From positions 1 through 53,562 of IMG/VR virus record IMGVR_UViG_3300010413_000045: a DNA stretch of 53,562 nt, one strand, 5' to 3'. The position numbers were made by a program, and so were the translations under genes. Below, one piece after another: positions 17,738 to 27,379 of the stretch. Origin of the DNA: a virus. Taxonomy: Duplodnaviria > Caudoviricetes. Every line of letters begins with the position of its first letter. The first letter of the stretch is position 1. The notes under the pieces are model-generated. The model searched no databases and had not been told where the DNA came from. It worked only from the letters and a program-made list of their open reading frames with translations.

Positions 17738-19282
17738 TTAGACAGCTGCCCATGAAATCCAGTCGGGGGTGACTTCGGCGCGGCAGATCACATAAGCGTC
17801 CGCAAGGTTTGGTGATTTTGTCCCTTTCGGCTTTTTATCTATCATGAGTTTTCCGGATTTACTGGTCGTGTATTGAGGCTGTGATAATTCAAGTAAAAGT
17901 TTTTCCATCTTCTGGCTTGTTTGCTCACATATGGAGATCAATTCACCGGCTTCATAATCTTTACCGTTCAGAAATCGGTAGGTGTTCAACATTTCATGGC
18001 GGACAGACCACCAAGCTTGAGCTTTGGCGTTTTCAAAGAAATCTTTATTGTTCGTTTCGGCGTAATCCTGATCAGCAGGACGGACAACAGCACCGCCAGA
18101 ATTCCACGGTACAATACGCATTTTTCTGACAGGGTGATTTTCCGGTAAATCTCCGCCCTCTGATGGCATTCTCAAAATCTCTTTTAATCGGACAGCAACA
18201 GCAGCACCAACACCAATCGGGTCATAACGAAACTCTTTACAGCCCATCTCGTGAGCTTTCCAGAAATATTTATCCGTAGCGTCTCCAGGATCTCCCTCTC
18301 CTGATTCATCAGCATAGATAAACTGATTCCCGTCAATAACACAGAATCCATGAGTGTCCCCGCCCTCGTTTGCCGGGTCAAGTGCCGCTATTCTGGCGCC
18401 GTTGATGATATTATCATTCCGTTTAATCGACGATACCCATTCAGGAGGACAGCAGACAGATTCAAGAGAAGCGGCAGCGTTACGCTCAACTTCCTGCATG
18501 AAGATATGGAGCGTTCCTTCTGCTTCGGCTTTGGCTCGTTCAGCGTCGTACCACTCCTGATTGTACATAGGGATTTCCCACCAGTCGAATACGTAGACCG
18601 GATTAACCCCGCTTGTCGTTTTCCTGTAAAAAAGTGTACTAGTCCCGTGATGAGTTGATCCCCAGATCTTACAATCGGCGTTCCGTGATACGGCAGCTTC
18701 AATAGAATCAGCTCGGGGATAAAAAGCGCACTCATCTAGGAAATAAATTGAAGAACGGCCGCCACGCCCTGGAGAGTCCCCGGACTTACCGACGATAATA
18801 GAGCCATTGCGATGATTTTTAACCTGCATCAGCTTATCATCAACGCCCTCAGTGAATAATTTCGGGAGGTGAGCGCAGATAAAAATACATTTTTCAAGTA
18901 ATGTGTCGATATTTCCTTTCTCGTGGCATTCGTCAGCTTTGTACGTGTACATGGAGATCGTGACAGATTCGTGAAACAGGAACAGGAACACAGAAAAAGC
19001 CGCATTCATCCAAGACATTCCAACTCCACGGCATTTATCTACTACACCATCTTCCCGATTGGTATACCGATCCCATAGCCACCGGATATACTCTTCCTGT
19101 TTATCGAAAAGCTCGAAAGGGATAACACGGTCATCAGTCCGGCGCGGGTCCATCGTAAAGCACCAGCGATTGATAAAATCGATAGCCGCTTCTGCCGTAG
19201 GAATATGGTAGGCTTCGTAATATTTTTGTATTTCAGATGGCGAATTGATTAAGTGGGCGCGTTCTGACCAGGGGTGTTTCAT
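17738..19282 (-). CDS. terL: Terminase large subunit
   Basis: DKCRGVGMSW Walker A variant, GRGGR, FLDECAF, LDPANEGGD, SPNLADA. Confidence 0.92.
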   Translation of the reverse strand: MKHPWSERAHLINSPSEIQKYYEAYHIPTAEAAIDFINRWCFTMDPRRTDDRVIPFELFDKQEEYIRWLWDRYTNREDGVVDKCRGVGMSWMNAAFSVFLFLFHESVTISMYTYKADECHEKGNIDTLLEKCIFICAHLPKLFTEGVDDKLMQVKNHRNGSIIVGKSGDSPGRGGRSSIYFLDECAFYPRADSIEAAVSRNADCKIWGSTHHGTSTLFYRKTTSGVNPVYVFDWWEIPMYNQEWYDAERAKAEAEGTLHIFMQEVERNAAASLESVCCPPEWVSSIKRNDNIINGARIAALDPANEGGDTHGFCVIDGNQFIYADESGEGDPGDATDKYFWKAHEMGCKEFRYDPIGVGAAVAVRLKEILRMPSEGGDLPENHPVRKMRIVPWNSGGAVVRPADQDYAETNNKDFFENAKAQAWWSVRHEMLNTYRFLNGKDYEAGELISICEQTSQKMEKLLLELSQPQYTTSKSGKLMIDKKPKGTKSPNLADAYVICRAEVTPDWISWAAV

Positions 19283-20373
19283 TTTATCCCTTTAAAAATA
19301 TGACAAATAACGTCTACCGTCCATCCGTCACCGAGGCAAGAATAAATCTGGTTATCTGAAATATCAGCACCTTCAAAAAAATCATCAGGCACTGTTTGAA
19401 GCCTACAGCATTCTATTGGTGTTAACTTCCTTACTCTCATTAAGTCTAGATCGTAAGCTATTGATTGTCTGTCTACCGTATTAAGAGTGTACGACTTGTC
19501 CGGGTCAACCTTCATCCCCATTCCGTTTTGATTTTTGTTTATGAATTGGTCAGAGATTAGATAATATGCCTTGTTGCCAGACTCAACGAGCGTTGCAGCT
19601 TTTCCCTCTATCCCGTATACACGGTTAGTGCTTTGATCTTTTTCGTTTAAATTGAACAGCTTTCCTGATATAAAAGTCCCATTCCATGACTCACTATATC
19701 TTTCCTGCAAAGCCCTGGCCTTTTCTGGGTTTAAATTACAAAACTTTTCATTCTCAAGAATACGCTTTTTTACATATTCCCATGCTTTATCTTTCAGGTA
19801 GTATTTTTCATCAACTTCACTTTCGGGCTGTAAAACATCTTTCAGTAAAATACCTTTATCTTCTGGTTGCTGTATTTCATTTCCAAAAAGATCATCTCCC
19901 AATCCGGGTATGTTTGTCCAATAAATCCGCTTTCTATTCTGAGCAGAAACGAGAGCTGAATTGATTTTTACAGGAAGAACACCAAGACGCCTGGAAATCT
20001 CAATCTCACACTGTTTATCCATTGGTACATTTTCAAGCAAAAATAAAACATCAGGATTCTTTTCCTGCAATTCTTCTAATATTCGGAAATAATCCATTAT
20101 CAATCCTGAACGAGGATCGTCAAAATTAAGACGGTCTCCCATTATAGAAAAACCTTGGCAAGGACTGCCACCTATAAGCATATCAATATCGTAATCATGT
20201 CCGCAAACTTCTGTTACAGATCCGATGTGGATATTGTCTGGATAATAATTTTTACTGGCTTTTATTTTTGATTCGGATATTTCCGAAGCATAGTATTTAT
20301 CAACTTTGATTCCTGATCTCTCAAGAGCTAATCTACCACACGACATACCGTCAAATAAGCTTAATACTTTCAT
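19279..20373 (-). CDS. DNA cytosine-C5 methyltransferase
   Basis: LSLFDG, GGSPCQG, LLENV, QNRKRIYW, LTPIECCRLQ, GDGW. Confidence 0.95.
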   Translation of the reverse strand: MKVLSLFDGMSCGRLALERSGIKVDKYYASEISESKIKASKNYYPDNIHIGSVTEVCGHDYDIDMLIGGSPCQGFSIMGDRLNFDDPRSGLIMDYFRILEELQEKNPDVLFLLENVPMDKQCEIEISRRLGVLPVKINSALVSAQNRKRIYWTNIPGLGDDLFGNEIQQPEDKGILLKDVLQPESEVDEKYYLKDKAWEYVKKRILENEKFCNLNPEKARALQERYSESWNGTFISGKLFNLNEKDQSTNRVYGIEGKAATLVESGNKAYYLISDQFINKNQNGMGMKVDPDKSYTLNTVDRQSIAYDLDLMRVRKLTPIECCRLQTVPDDFFEGADISDNQIYSCLGDGWTVDVICHIFKGIK

Positions 20374-20455
20374 AGACAAGTCCTTAGTCCTGTAAAATAA
20401 TCTGGATTGGGAGAGAAGGACTAAAACTCTCCCCAGGGTGGCCGCCCTGCCAGAT
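20374..20455 (-). ncRNA. Structured leader RNA, copy 1 (three-way junction plus anti-RBS loop)
   Basis: ATCTGG/CCAGAT; CAGGG/CCCTG; GGGAGAG/CTCTCCC; loop TAGTCCT vs AGGACTA-AGGACTT; promoter CTGACA-N17-TATTAT at 20461-20489. Confidence 0.8.
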
Positions 20456-20469
20456 ATTGAATAATATCA

Positions 20470-21120
20470 TCAATCGCCGTTATTGTCAGCACCGGAAATC
20501 TTATCAAAGAAAAGTTTCTTCGCTTCTTCGGGAGGGAGATCGGTGTAGTTGATAGTTTTATTTTCGGTTTCCAGTTTGCCCTTAACGGTAATTTCCTGCT
20601 TATCAGTCCACAGTCCACCATGACGGCCCAAAAGCTCAAGGGCGGACTTTTTATCATGAAACTTGATTTCAATAGCTCCCTTTGCGTCCTGCTTAATGCT
20701 GGCAATTCCCCGCCGCTGTTCCGTAGTGAGATTTTTTGTATCGGCAATTTCGACAATCTGCCGAGTTTTGGTTACGGTATCGATTATGTTCCCGTCAATG
20801 TCACGGATGTTCTCTTCATACTCTTCAGTTCTGACATTCACAATATCGGTAATATCGCTTGTGGCTATCGGTATAAGCTCGGAAAGTACTTTATGCCGTA
20901 TTTGAGACTTCATTGCGCCGAGAGACTTGTCCACACATTCGTCTAAATATCTGACCACCTTGTCATTTTTAAGCATACGAGAGGCGGTTGTAGCTGCTGA
21001 TTTCGGACTGTATCCGGCAGCTATGGCGGCATTCGTTTGGTTCCAATCCAGCTCTATGAGTTTATGGCAAAAAGCCTGTTGTTTCGGTGTCAGTGATTCC
21101 ATATTGCTTTTCTTTGGCAT
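20470..21120 (-). CDS. terS: Terminase small subunit
   Basis: LTPKQQAFC...NQTNAAIAAGYSPKSA...; KKSALELLGRH. Confidence 0.92.
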   Translation of the reverse strand: MPKKSNMESLTPKQQAFCHKLIELDWNQTNAAIAAGYSPKSAATTASRMLKNDKVVRYLDECVDKSLGAMKSQIRHKVLSELIPIATSDITDIVNVRTEEYEENIRDIDGNIIDTVTKTRQIVEIADTKNLTTEQRRGIASIKQDAKGAIEIKFHDKKSALELLGRHGGLWTDKQEITVKGKLETENKTINYTDLPPEEAKKLFFDKISGADNNGD

Positions 21121-21428
21121 ATTCAATCCTCCCTATCAGGATAACGATTTGCATGGTTAATCGTCAAGGTTCTCCCCCTTATCGTACAACTCCTGATTTT
21201 TACAGACAATACAAGCTCCGGTCAAAAAGTGTTTGCATTTGTAGCAGTCTTTATCGCGCATAATCCCTCACTATCAAAATGGAGCCAATTTATCAACAGG
21301 CTCTAATCTGTAATCGTGTGATTTATCTTCAATCACGCCATAGACAACACATTTACCGGATCTTTTATGCCGGCAACCAGCTGATGATCTACATTGGTCT
21401 TTAAATCCGTTGTAGTGTGTGCATTTGC

Positions 21429-22142
21429 TCATTTATACTCCTTTGGACTGAAAACCTCATATTTTATTGGCTCTGGATTTTTCCGCTTATCAATATCCTT
21501 AACCATCAATTCAACTGTTTTATTGAGAGGATCGACACTATAAAGCCATGGTTGCGCCAATTCTCCTGTATGATATTTTTCTATAGCTTGCCTGGGATCT
21601 GCATTGTAAAGCATCATTTGCTTACAACACTCTCTGCATTGGCACGGCCTGCACTCTGGTGTCTGTTTTACGCCATAATCTCCGCAGTCTTTGAAAGTCA
21701 TCCATTTAGGATTTTTTTTGATCTCTGGATATATAGTACAATAAGCGCAATCTTCTTTTACATCAACAAATGACTCTGGGTATACATCTGATTTCCATAC
21801 TGTAGCTTTTTTTTCTCTACACCTAGGACACATTCTTCCTCTTGTAGAATAATGAGTTCCACAACTAACGCATGTAAACCAAGAAACTTTATGATCCTGT
21901 TGCTTTTGCTTTGAAATGTATCCCTGTTCTTCTGCATAATCGTAGATTTTATACAGCTGAAAAGGGGTTGAGTATTTGTGATTGATCGATACCCACCGGA
22001 AAACATCTTCAAGGTGCTGTTCTGGACATTTTGAAGTGAAGTAAAAAAGATCATCAACAAAAGCTCTATTCCTTTCATCGTCATCTTTGGCTCTGAACTT
22101 GGCAGACAACAGGCTTATGAAATCTTCAGATGATATCGGCAT
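21429..22142 (-). CDS. Cys-rich protein coupled to initiator (possible helicase loader)
   Basis: Directly downstream of initiator; several CxxC motifs. Confidence 0.5.
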   Translation of the reverse strand: MPISSEDFISLLSAKFRAKDDDERNRAFVDDLFYFTSKCPEQHLEDVFRWVSINHKYSTPFQLYKIYDYAEEQGYISKQKQQDHKVSWFTCVSCGTHYSTRGRMCPRCREKKATVWKSDVYPESFVDVKEDCAYCTIYPEIKKNPKWMTFKDCGDYGVKQTPECRPCQCRECCKQMMLYNADPRQAIEKYHTGELAQPWLYSVDPLNKTVELMVKDIDKRKNPEPIKYEVFSPKEYK

Positions 22143-23160
22143 GTTCTTTCATCCACTCCTCTCGTTGTTTTCTAATATTCTCTACGCTATAGGGATTGTC
22201 TTTTTGTGGCTGAAAATACTTCTCTATTGTAACTGGTGATAGCCAATTCTCAATATGTTTCATTTTCATAAAATGTGTGAACGTCGGAGGCTTCCAGTCT
22301 TTTTCCTGATCGATTTTATCATAGCATTTTGAAAGATTGTCAATTGCTATGAAAATATCTTCATTCGGGAAAACTGTCATTATTTCCAGAACTTCACTAT
22401 CGACGCTTGTATTAACATAAAGTCTTTTTGATTGAGGAAGATTCGGTTTTGATTTCCAGTATTCTTTGATTTCTTTAAATCTCTGTCCGGTTACATTTTG
22501 GTTTCTATTAGGCTTTGACGAATCGGAGAAAGTCGGAAGTGTTTCATAATTTGGATTGTAAATTGAAAATGATTCGAACTTTTGAGATTGAAAATTGTCC
22601 GTCATGATTTTGTCATGACTATTCTCTTTCTTATTCTCTTTCTTATTCTCTTTCTTATTCTCTTTCTTATTCTCTTTCTTATTTCTAATTTCTTCTTCTT
22701 GTTCTTCTTCTTTCATGACTGCATCATGACCTTGCCATGACGGTATCATGACGGTATCATGATTATTGTCTGAAAGTGCATTTAATTGCTGTTTCACGTC
22801 CTGAATCTGTTTTCTGAATGCTGTGTTTGAAGTCATGCTAGAATCAAGCCTTGCGGCCAATTTAAAGCAGAAGATTCTATTTGATGATGATTCAAAAAGC
22901 CTCAACTCGATAATCGTAGCCATTATTTTGTTAACTATATCGACTCCGGCTTCTGTTCCCGATCCTGTTATTTTTAAATTGTCAGCAATTATTTCAGCAT
23001 CATGCTCAAGCTCAAAAGTGATATTATCTTTCCCTACATCACTCATAATAAGTTCAAGGCAGTGAAAGTATACGGCATATCCAACCGCACCATGCTTCAT
23101 AATTAGTTTACGTATTCTGGCGTCTGATGAGGCATCAGAGTCGTGTTTAAACCATTCCAT
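22126..23160 (-). CDS. Replication initiator (DUF4373/Lin1244-like N-terminus)
   Basis: MEWFKHDSDASSDARIRKLIMKHGAVGYAVYF; internal iterons. Confidence 0.8.
   Translation of the reverse strand: MEWFKHDSDASSDARIRKLIMKHGAVGYAVYFHCLELIMSDVGKDNITFELEHDAEIIADNLKITGSGTEAGVDIVNKIMATIIELRLFESSSNRIFCFKLAARLDSSMTSNTAFRKQIQDVKQQLNALSDNNHDTVMIPSWQGHDAVMKEEEQEEEIRNKKENKKENKKENKKENKKENSHDKIMTDNFQSQKFESFSIYNPNYETLPTFSDSSKPNRNQNVTGQRFKEIKEYWKSKPNLPQSKRLYVNTSVDSEVLEIMTVFPNEDIFIAIDNLSKCYDKIDQEKDWKPPTFTHFMKMKHIENWLSPVTIEKYFQPQKDNPYSVENIRKQREEWMKEHADII
22602..22762. repeat. Putative origin: 11-bp-phased CATGA iterons flanking 5x12-bp ttattctctttc
   Basis: (T/C)CATGA at 22602, 22613, 22713, 22724, 22735, 22746, 22757; 12-mers at 22619-22678. 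Confidence 0.8.
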
Positions 23161-23169
23161 TACTGATCC

Positions 23170-23475
23170 TTATTCAATTATTTCTGCGTCGATTCCAACA
23201 CTGTTAAGAGTTTCTTTTAATTCAGATACTTCCCTATCTCCGTAAAGGCATAACGTATATTGCATTCCGTTTAAAGAACATATTACAGTCCTTTCATTAG
23301 GATCATGATTTTTAAAATCAATTCCTATTTCTGAGCAAAGCCATTCAATTAAAGTCGGTATCTGGTCTTTAGTGAAGAATACATAATCCTGACCATCTTC
23401 TGCGTTAGGATTATCCTGTGCAAAATAAAGCCCGTTATCACCATTTCCAAACTCAACATGTTTCATCTCTTTCAC
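23170..23475 (-). CDS. Hypothetical protein
   Basis: ORF with AAGGTAG RBS in replication operon. Confidence 0.6.
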   Translation of the reverse strand: MKEMKHVEFGNGDNGLYFAQDNPNAEDGQDYVFFTKDQIPTLIEWLCSEIGIDFKNHDPNERTVICSLNGMQYTLCLYGDREVSELKETLNSVGIDAEIIE

Positions 23476-23724
23476 TTCAAACTACCTTAATTTTATCGTT
23501 GTAATATTTATTCCCGGAACCCTTCCGCCGAATACCAGCCTCATCGATCAACTTCATTAAGGTTGGATAGGATATACCCAATTCCTTGCAAAGATCATCG
23601 TTGCTCATAGAGTTGTATTTTAACTCTAAATCTTTCTTTGAAATCTCCATAATTCTCCTCTTAGCTTTGTTTAGTTTAGTATATCATATATGAAATAACA
23701 ATCAAGTCCCACAAAATAAAATCC

Positions 23725-23919
23725 TCACCTCTTCCTCCCCATACTGGTTAGATGCCACATCCCACATTCCGGACACCTATACGGAGATTTTAACTTATCG
23801 CCACGAGGACACTTTCGCATCCTCATGAATTGATTGATCTCCTGCATAGCCGTGTGAGCGTGTTGATAGCTGTCATAGCATTGTTTGCCAGTAGGGCATG
23901 ATTTATCTGATTGGATCAT
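23725..23919 (-). CDS. Small Zn-finger protein
   Basis: CPTGKQCY...YRCPECGMWHLTS. Confidence 0.75.
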   Translation of the reverse strand: MIQSDKSCPTGKQCYDSYQHAHTAMQEINQFMRMRKCPRGDKLKSPYRCPECGMWHLTSMGRKR

Positions 23920-24113
23920 TGGTAACCCTCATACATAATCCTCCATAAAATAATAATCCTGGGATTGAACACATCACCGGATATGAAAGTCCACTGGCTA
24001 CCATCAAAGTATACAGGCAACCATGGACCGCGAATCCATCCTATTCGTACAAGATATTTACCTGGTAATTGCGGGGTTAATTTGTCCATGCGGTGGATTT
24101 TTTCGAAGTTCAT
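23916..24113 (-). CDS. Hypothetical protein
   Basis: PGKYLV...YFDGSQW; coupled to neighbours. Confidence 0.55.
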   Translation of the reverse strand: MNFEKIHRMDKLTPQLPGKYLVRIGWIRGPWLPVYFDGSQWTFISGDVFNPRIIILWRIMYEGYQ

Positions 24114-24123
24114 GGTTCAGTCC

Positions 24124-24870
24124 TTAAAAATCCAGCATATTCTGAAGACACTCTATGTCGTATCTTTCAACACCGGCTTTAAAATAATCGGGGTCTTTTT
24201 CACAGCCTAGCCACTTGAGGCCGTAATGATGACAGGCAACGGCTGTTGTAAAGCTACCAAGGAAAGGATCGAAGACTATTGCATTTTCAGGTGCGTATTT
24301 TTCTAGGCACCATTTGAAGAGTTTTAATGGTTTTTGGGTTGGGTGGAACTTTGTCTCTGAATTGGATCCACCTGTGTTTGAAAGCCTATAAATAGATGCC
24401 GGTTTATCAAAAGAAGTATAAGCAAGCTCAACCTGAGAAAAGTTTTCCCACGGCTGACACTTATCCCAAACAGCAATACCCCTTGTTGGAGGTAAATTGA
24501 AATAATTATATCCCCAAATTATTTGATTCTTTGATATTCTAAATATTTGATCGAACACTTCTTTTGATGGTGCTATATCCCAAGAACAATCCGAATTATT
24601 CAAAACTCTATCTTTAAGTTTACCGGATCCGGAATTAAGCCGGTTCTTTTTTGCTTTTACTGCGGTTGATGTTCCTGGATATTGACCTTTTCCTTTTCTG
24701 TTTGGCGCGGATCCCATTTGCATGTTGTCGGCACCTATCCCATAAGGCGGATCGGTCAAAACAAGATCAATACACTTATCCGGCAACTCACGCATGAAAT
24801 CAAGACAATCTCCTTCATAAGCTGTATTTAAAGGCCACACCTTACCCGATTTCAATATTATACTTTCCAT
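24124..24870 (-). CDS. DNA N6-adenine/N4-cytosine methyltransferase (beta class)
   Basis: GDCL, LTDPPYG, HPTQKP, DPFLGSFTT. Confidence 0.93.
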   Translation of the reverse strand: MESIILKSGKVWPLNTAYEGDCLDFMRELPDKCIDLVLTDPPYGIGADNMQMGSAPNRKGKGQYPGTSTAVKAKKNRLNSGSGKLKDRVLNNSDCSWDIAPSKEVFDQIFRISKNQIIWGYNYFNLPPTRGIAVWDKCQPWENFSQVELAYTSFDKPASIYRLSNTGGSNSETKFHPTQKPLKLFKWCLEKYAPENAIVFDPFLGSFTTAVACHHYGLKWLGCEKDPDYFKAGVERYDIECLQNMLDF

Positions 24871-24896
24871 ATCTACCTCGCTTAAAAATATACTTC

Positions 24897-24970
24897 ATCC
24901 TAATATCACCATTCGATAATGTCAACACAATAAATATATTATTGACATTTTTTGTAATACGTGCAAAAAT
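24897..24970. promoter_or_regulatory. Divergent promoter pair
   Basis: Minus: TTGACA-N17-TAGGAT; plus: TTGACA-N17-AAAAAT. Confidence 0.65.
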
Positions 24971-24975
24971 GGGTT

Positions 24976-25152
24976 ATGGCTAAGAAAAAGAAAGAAACAA
25001 AGAAAAACATTATTCCCCTAAGGATGTCAGACGACCTGTATTCGAAAGTTTGTAAATCTGCTGAAGAAAGACAACAGAGTTTAAGCGACTGGATACGTCA
25101 GACTATTATTAACAGGCTGATTGATGAGGAAAGATGTGAGAACAAAAGATAA
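24976..25152 (+). CDS. Ribbon-helix-helix (Arc/CopG-like) regulator
   Basis: IPLRMSDDLYSKV...QSLSDWIRQTI. Confidence 0.8.
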   Translation: MAKKKKETKKNIIPLRMSDDLYSKVCKSAEERQQSLSDWIRQTIINRLIDEERCENKR

Positions 25153-25861
25153 TGTAATCGGTGAAGTTTACGGAGAACTGAAAATAGTAGATGATGCTGA
25201 AAACGAAATAATTAAAGTCAGCTACCGAAAGTGTGGATATGCCGTAAAAAGACAAGTTGTCTGTAAATGTTTAATATGCGGAGCAATAGGAAAAGTAAGG
25301 CTTTCATCTCTTAGGTATGGAAACACGTCTTCTTGTCAAATGTTTCATAACAGAACAGAGATGATAGGCGATACTGTTAAAATCTTTTTCCACGATGGAG
25401 GATACGGTCTTATCGACGCTGAAGATCATGACATTATTTCCGGAATGCGTGTTGTTCACGAGAAAAAGAACCACGGCTATGTAAGACTAATGATTAACAG
25501 CAAAAAAATAATGCTTCATGTTTTAATTATGAAAAAACATCATGGAGATATTTCTGGGCTTTCCGTAGATCACATAAATCACATAACTTCTGACAATAGG
25601 AAGTGTAATTTAAGACTAGTAACTCATGCAAATAATATGAAAAACCTATCAATTCGAAAGGCTAAAAAAACATCAAAATATAAAGGCGTTTATTTCGACA
25701 AATCAAACAACAAGTTTGCATCTAAGATAAGTTCAAACAATAAAGAATATTGGCTTGGGTATTTTGTTAATGAAATAGATGCCGCTTTCGCTTATGATAA
25801 GGCCGCATTAAAGCATCATGGCGAATATGCTTTAACAAATAAAATGTTGGGGTTGTTATGA
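25121..25861 (+). CDS. HNH endonuclease with AP2 domain
   Basis: VDHINHITSDNRKCNLR; SKYKGV...WLGYF...AAFAYDKAA. Confidence 0.92.
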   Translation: MMRKDVRTKDNVIGEVYGELKIVDDAENEIIKVSYRKCGYAVKRQVVCKCLICGAIGKVRLSSLRYGNTSSCQMFHNRTEMIGDTVKIFFHDGGYGLIDAEDHDIISGMRVVHEKKNHGYVRLMINSKKIMLHVLIMKKHHGDISGLSVDHINHITSDNRKCNLRLVTHANNMKNLSIRKAKKTSKYKGVYFDKSNNKFASKISSNNKEYWLGYFVNEIDAAFAYDKAALKHHGEYALTNKMLGLL

Positions 25862-26886
25862 AAAAAATACTCGGCTCCTCACCTCTCGTGGTTTTATGCC
25901 TATCCGCAATCATTGCCAACGGTGGATATTACCAGAAATCTTTCACTGATTCAGGTTATCCACTTTTTTACACGTGGCTTCTTTCCGCTATCTTTATATC
26001 GATGGAAGCTGTTTTGTGGTATTACCCTAGTAAAAAATGGTATCTGGTTATCCTTAAGTTCTCACTGGTGATTTACAGTGTCCTCATTACCCTGGGTGCA
26101 CAGTATTTCAGCACTTCTCAACTTGAGTCATCCATATCGGAAAAGGTTTACGATAGCATCGATGTCGGCGGAGAGATTGAATATTACCGAGAGCAAATCA
26201 AAATACAGGATGATCGAATTAACCAGATTTACCGGCAGCGGGAAAATGATTTCGTCTTTACAAAAACAGAGGATTCTTTAAAAAGTGCGGAAGAGGCAAA
26301 GGCTAAATACGAGGCCAAAATTGACCAGTTGACATCAAAAAAAGAGACAGCTATTGAAGAGATTGAAAAACCCTTAAGTGTCTATAGTTGGTATGCCTAC
26401 GAATTGCCTAAAATCTTTAAAGGCGAACTGAATGATAATTTTATTCGGGTCATGTTTCAGTTTTTTAGCTCAATGCTTCTCGCTCTCGTTGCGCCTATCA
26501 CTCTGACGATGTTAAGAGGCATGAATCTACCATCCGCCCCGGAAAAGCCTGTCAGCGAAGCTCCTACGCAACCTGAGAAGGAAATAAAGCCGGAGCCTAA
26601 AAAGGTAGAGCGTAAACCGGCTAAAAAGAAAACCGCATATGAAAAACTATCGGATCATGAAGTGTCTGATATTTTAAAAATGATGTTCTGGCCGGTTGTG
26701 CAACGAACAGGGGAACCCATGGAGCCGGAAGCTATGGTATCAGGATTTCACAAAGTGCGCGAGACACAGCCTTATGTGAAAGAGTATTCCTTGGAGGAGT
26801 GTAAGGCTGTTTATGATGAGGTTGTACGGCGTGAGTTGATGGATAGTGAGAGTGATAAAGTTGTTATGAAGGAGTTGAGAGTATGA
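25858..26886 (+). CDS. Membrane protein (3 TM, coiled coil, TM, soluble domain)
   Basis: Hydrophobicity and heptad pattern. Confidence 0.7.
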   Translation: MKKILGSSPLVVLCLSAIIANGGYYQKSFTDSGYPLFYTWLLSAIFISMEAVLWYYPSKKWYLVILKFSLVIYSVLITLGAQYFSTSQLESSISEKVYDSIDVGGEIEYYREQIKIQDDRINQIYRQRENDFVFTKTEDSLKSAEEAKAKYEAKIDQLTSKKETAIEEIEKPLSVYSWYAYELPKIFKGELNDNFIRVMFQFFSSMLLALVAPITLTMLRGMNLPSAPEKPVSEAPTQPEKEIKPEPKKVERKPAKKKTAYEKLSDHEVSDILKMMFWPVVQRTGEPMEPEAMVSGFHKVRETQPYVKEYSLEECKAVYDEVVRRELMDSESDKVVMKELRV

Positions 26887-27028
26887 TAGTTGAATTGAGT
26901 AAAATAACTTACATGGAACTTTTTAAGCTTCAAAGACAGATTGGGCTTGAGATGTTTAAACGGTCTTGGTGGGTTCTGATTATTGTTGCGATAGTAATGG
27001 TTGCTTTGTGGTTGTGGGCTAACCGATA

Positions 27029-27379
27029 ATGCCTAAATCAGAAACCCAAATATCAAAAGAATGTGGCGATTTCCTCAGCCTTAACCACATTCCAAACTGG
27101 CGGACGGGCGTTTATCACGGAAAGTTTACACCATTCGGAAGTAAGAAATCCAGGGTAATTAAAACAGGGGTTGCCGGTCTCTCAGATCGTCAATTCTTAA
27201 TGCCTGATGGAAAGACTGCTTACCTTGAAATTAAAACAGAAAAGGGCAAACAGAGCCAAGAGCAACGTGATTTTGAGACTACCTGCATAAAGTGGAATGC
27301 GCCCTATTTTATCGTTAGAAGCGTGAATGATCTTGCTGAAATATTGCAGGAATTAAATATGTTGAAAGTGAGGTTTTAA
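27029..27379 (+). CDS. VRR-NUC (PD-(D/E)XK) nuclease
   Basis: SETQI, GVAGLSD, LEIKTEKGKQSQEQ, YFIVRS. Confidence 0.88.
   Translation: MPKSETQISKECGDFLSLNHIPNWRTGVYHGKFTPFGSKKSRVIKTGVAGLSDRQFLMPDGKTAYLEIKTEKGKQSQEQRDFETTCIKWNAPYFIVRSVNDLAEILQELNMLKVRF

Noticed and set aside
22619-22678. Tandem repeat as a CRISPR array
   Set aside because: 12-bp units with no spacers, in frame within the initiator; no cas genes
19279-25861. Methylases plus HNH/VRR-NUC as a restriction-modification system
   Set aside because: The methylases are orphan phage types and the nucleases are homing-type or resolvase-like, not cognate restriction enzymes
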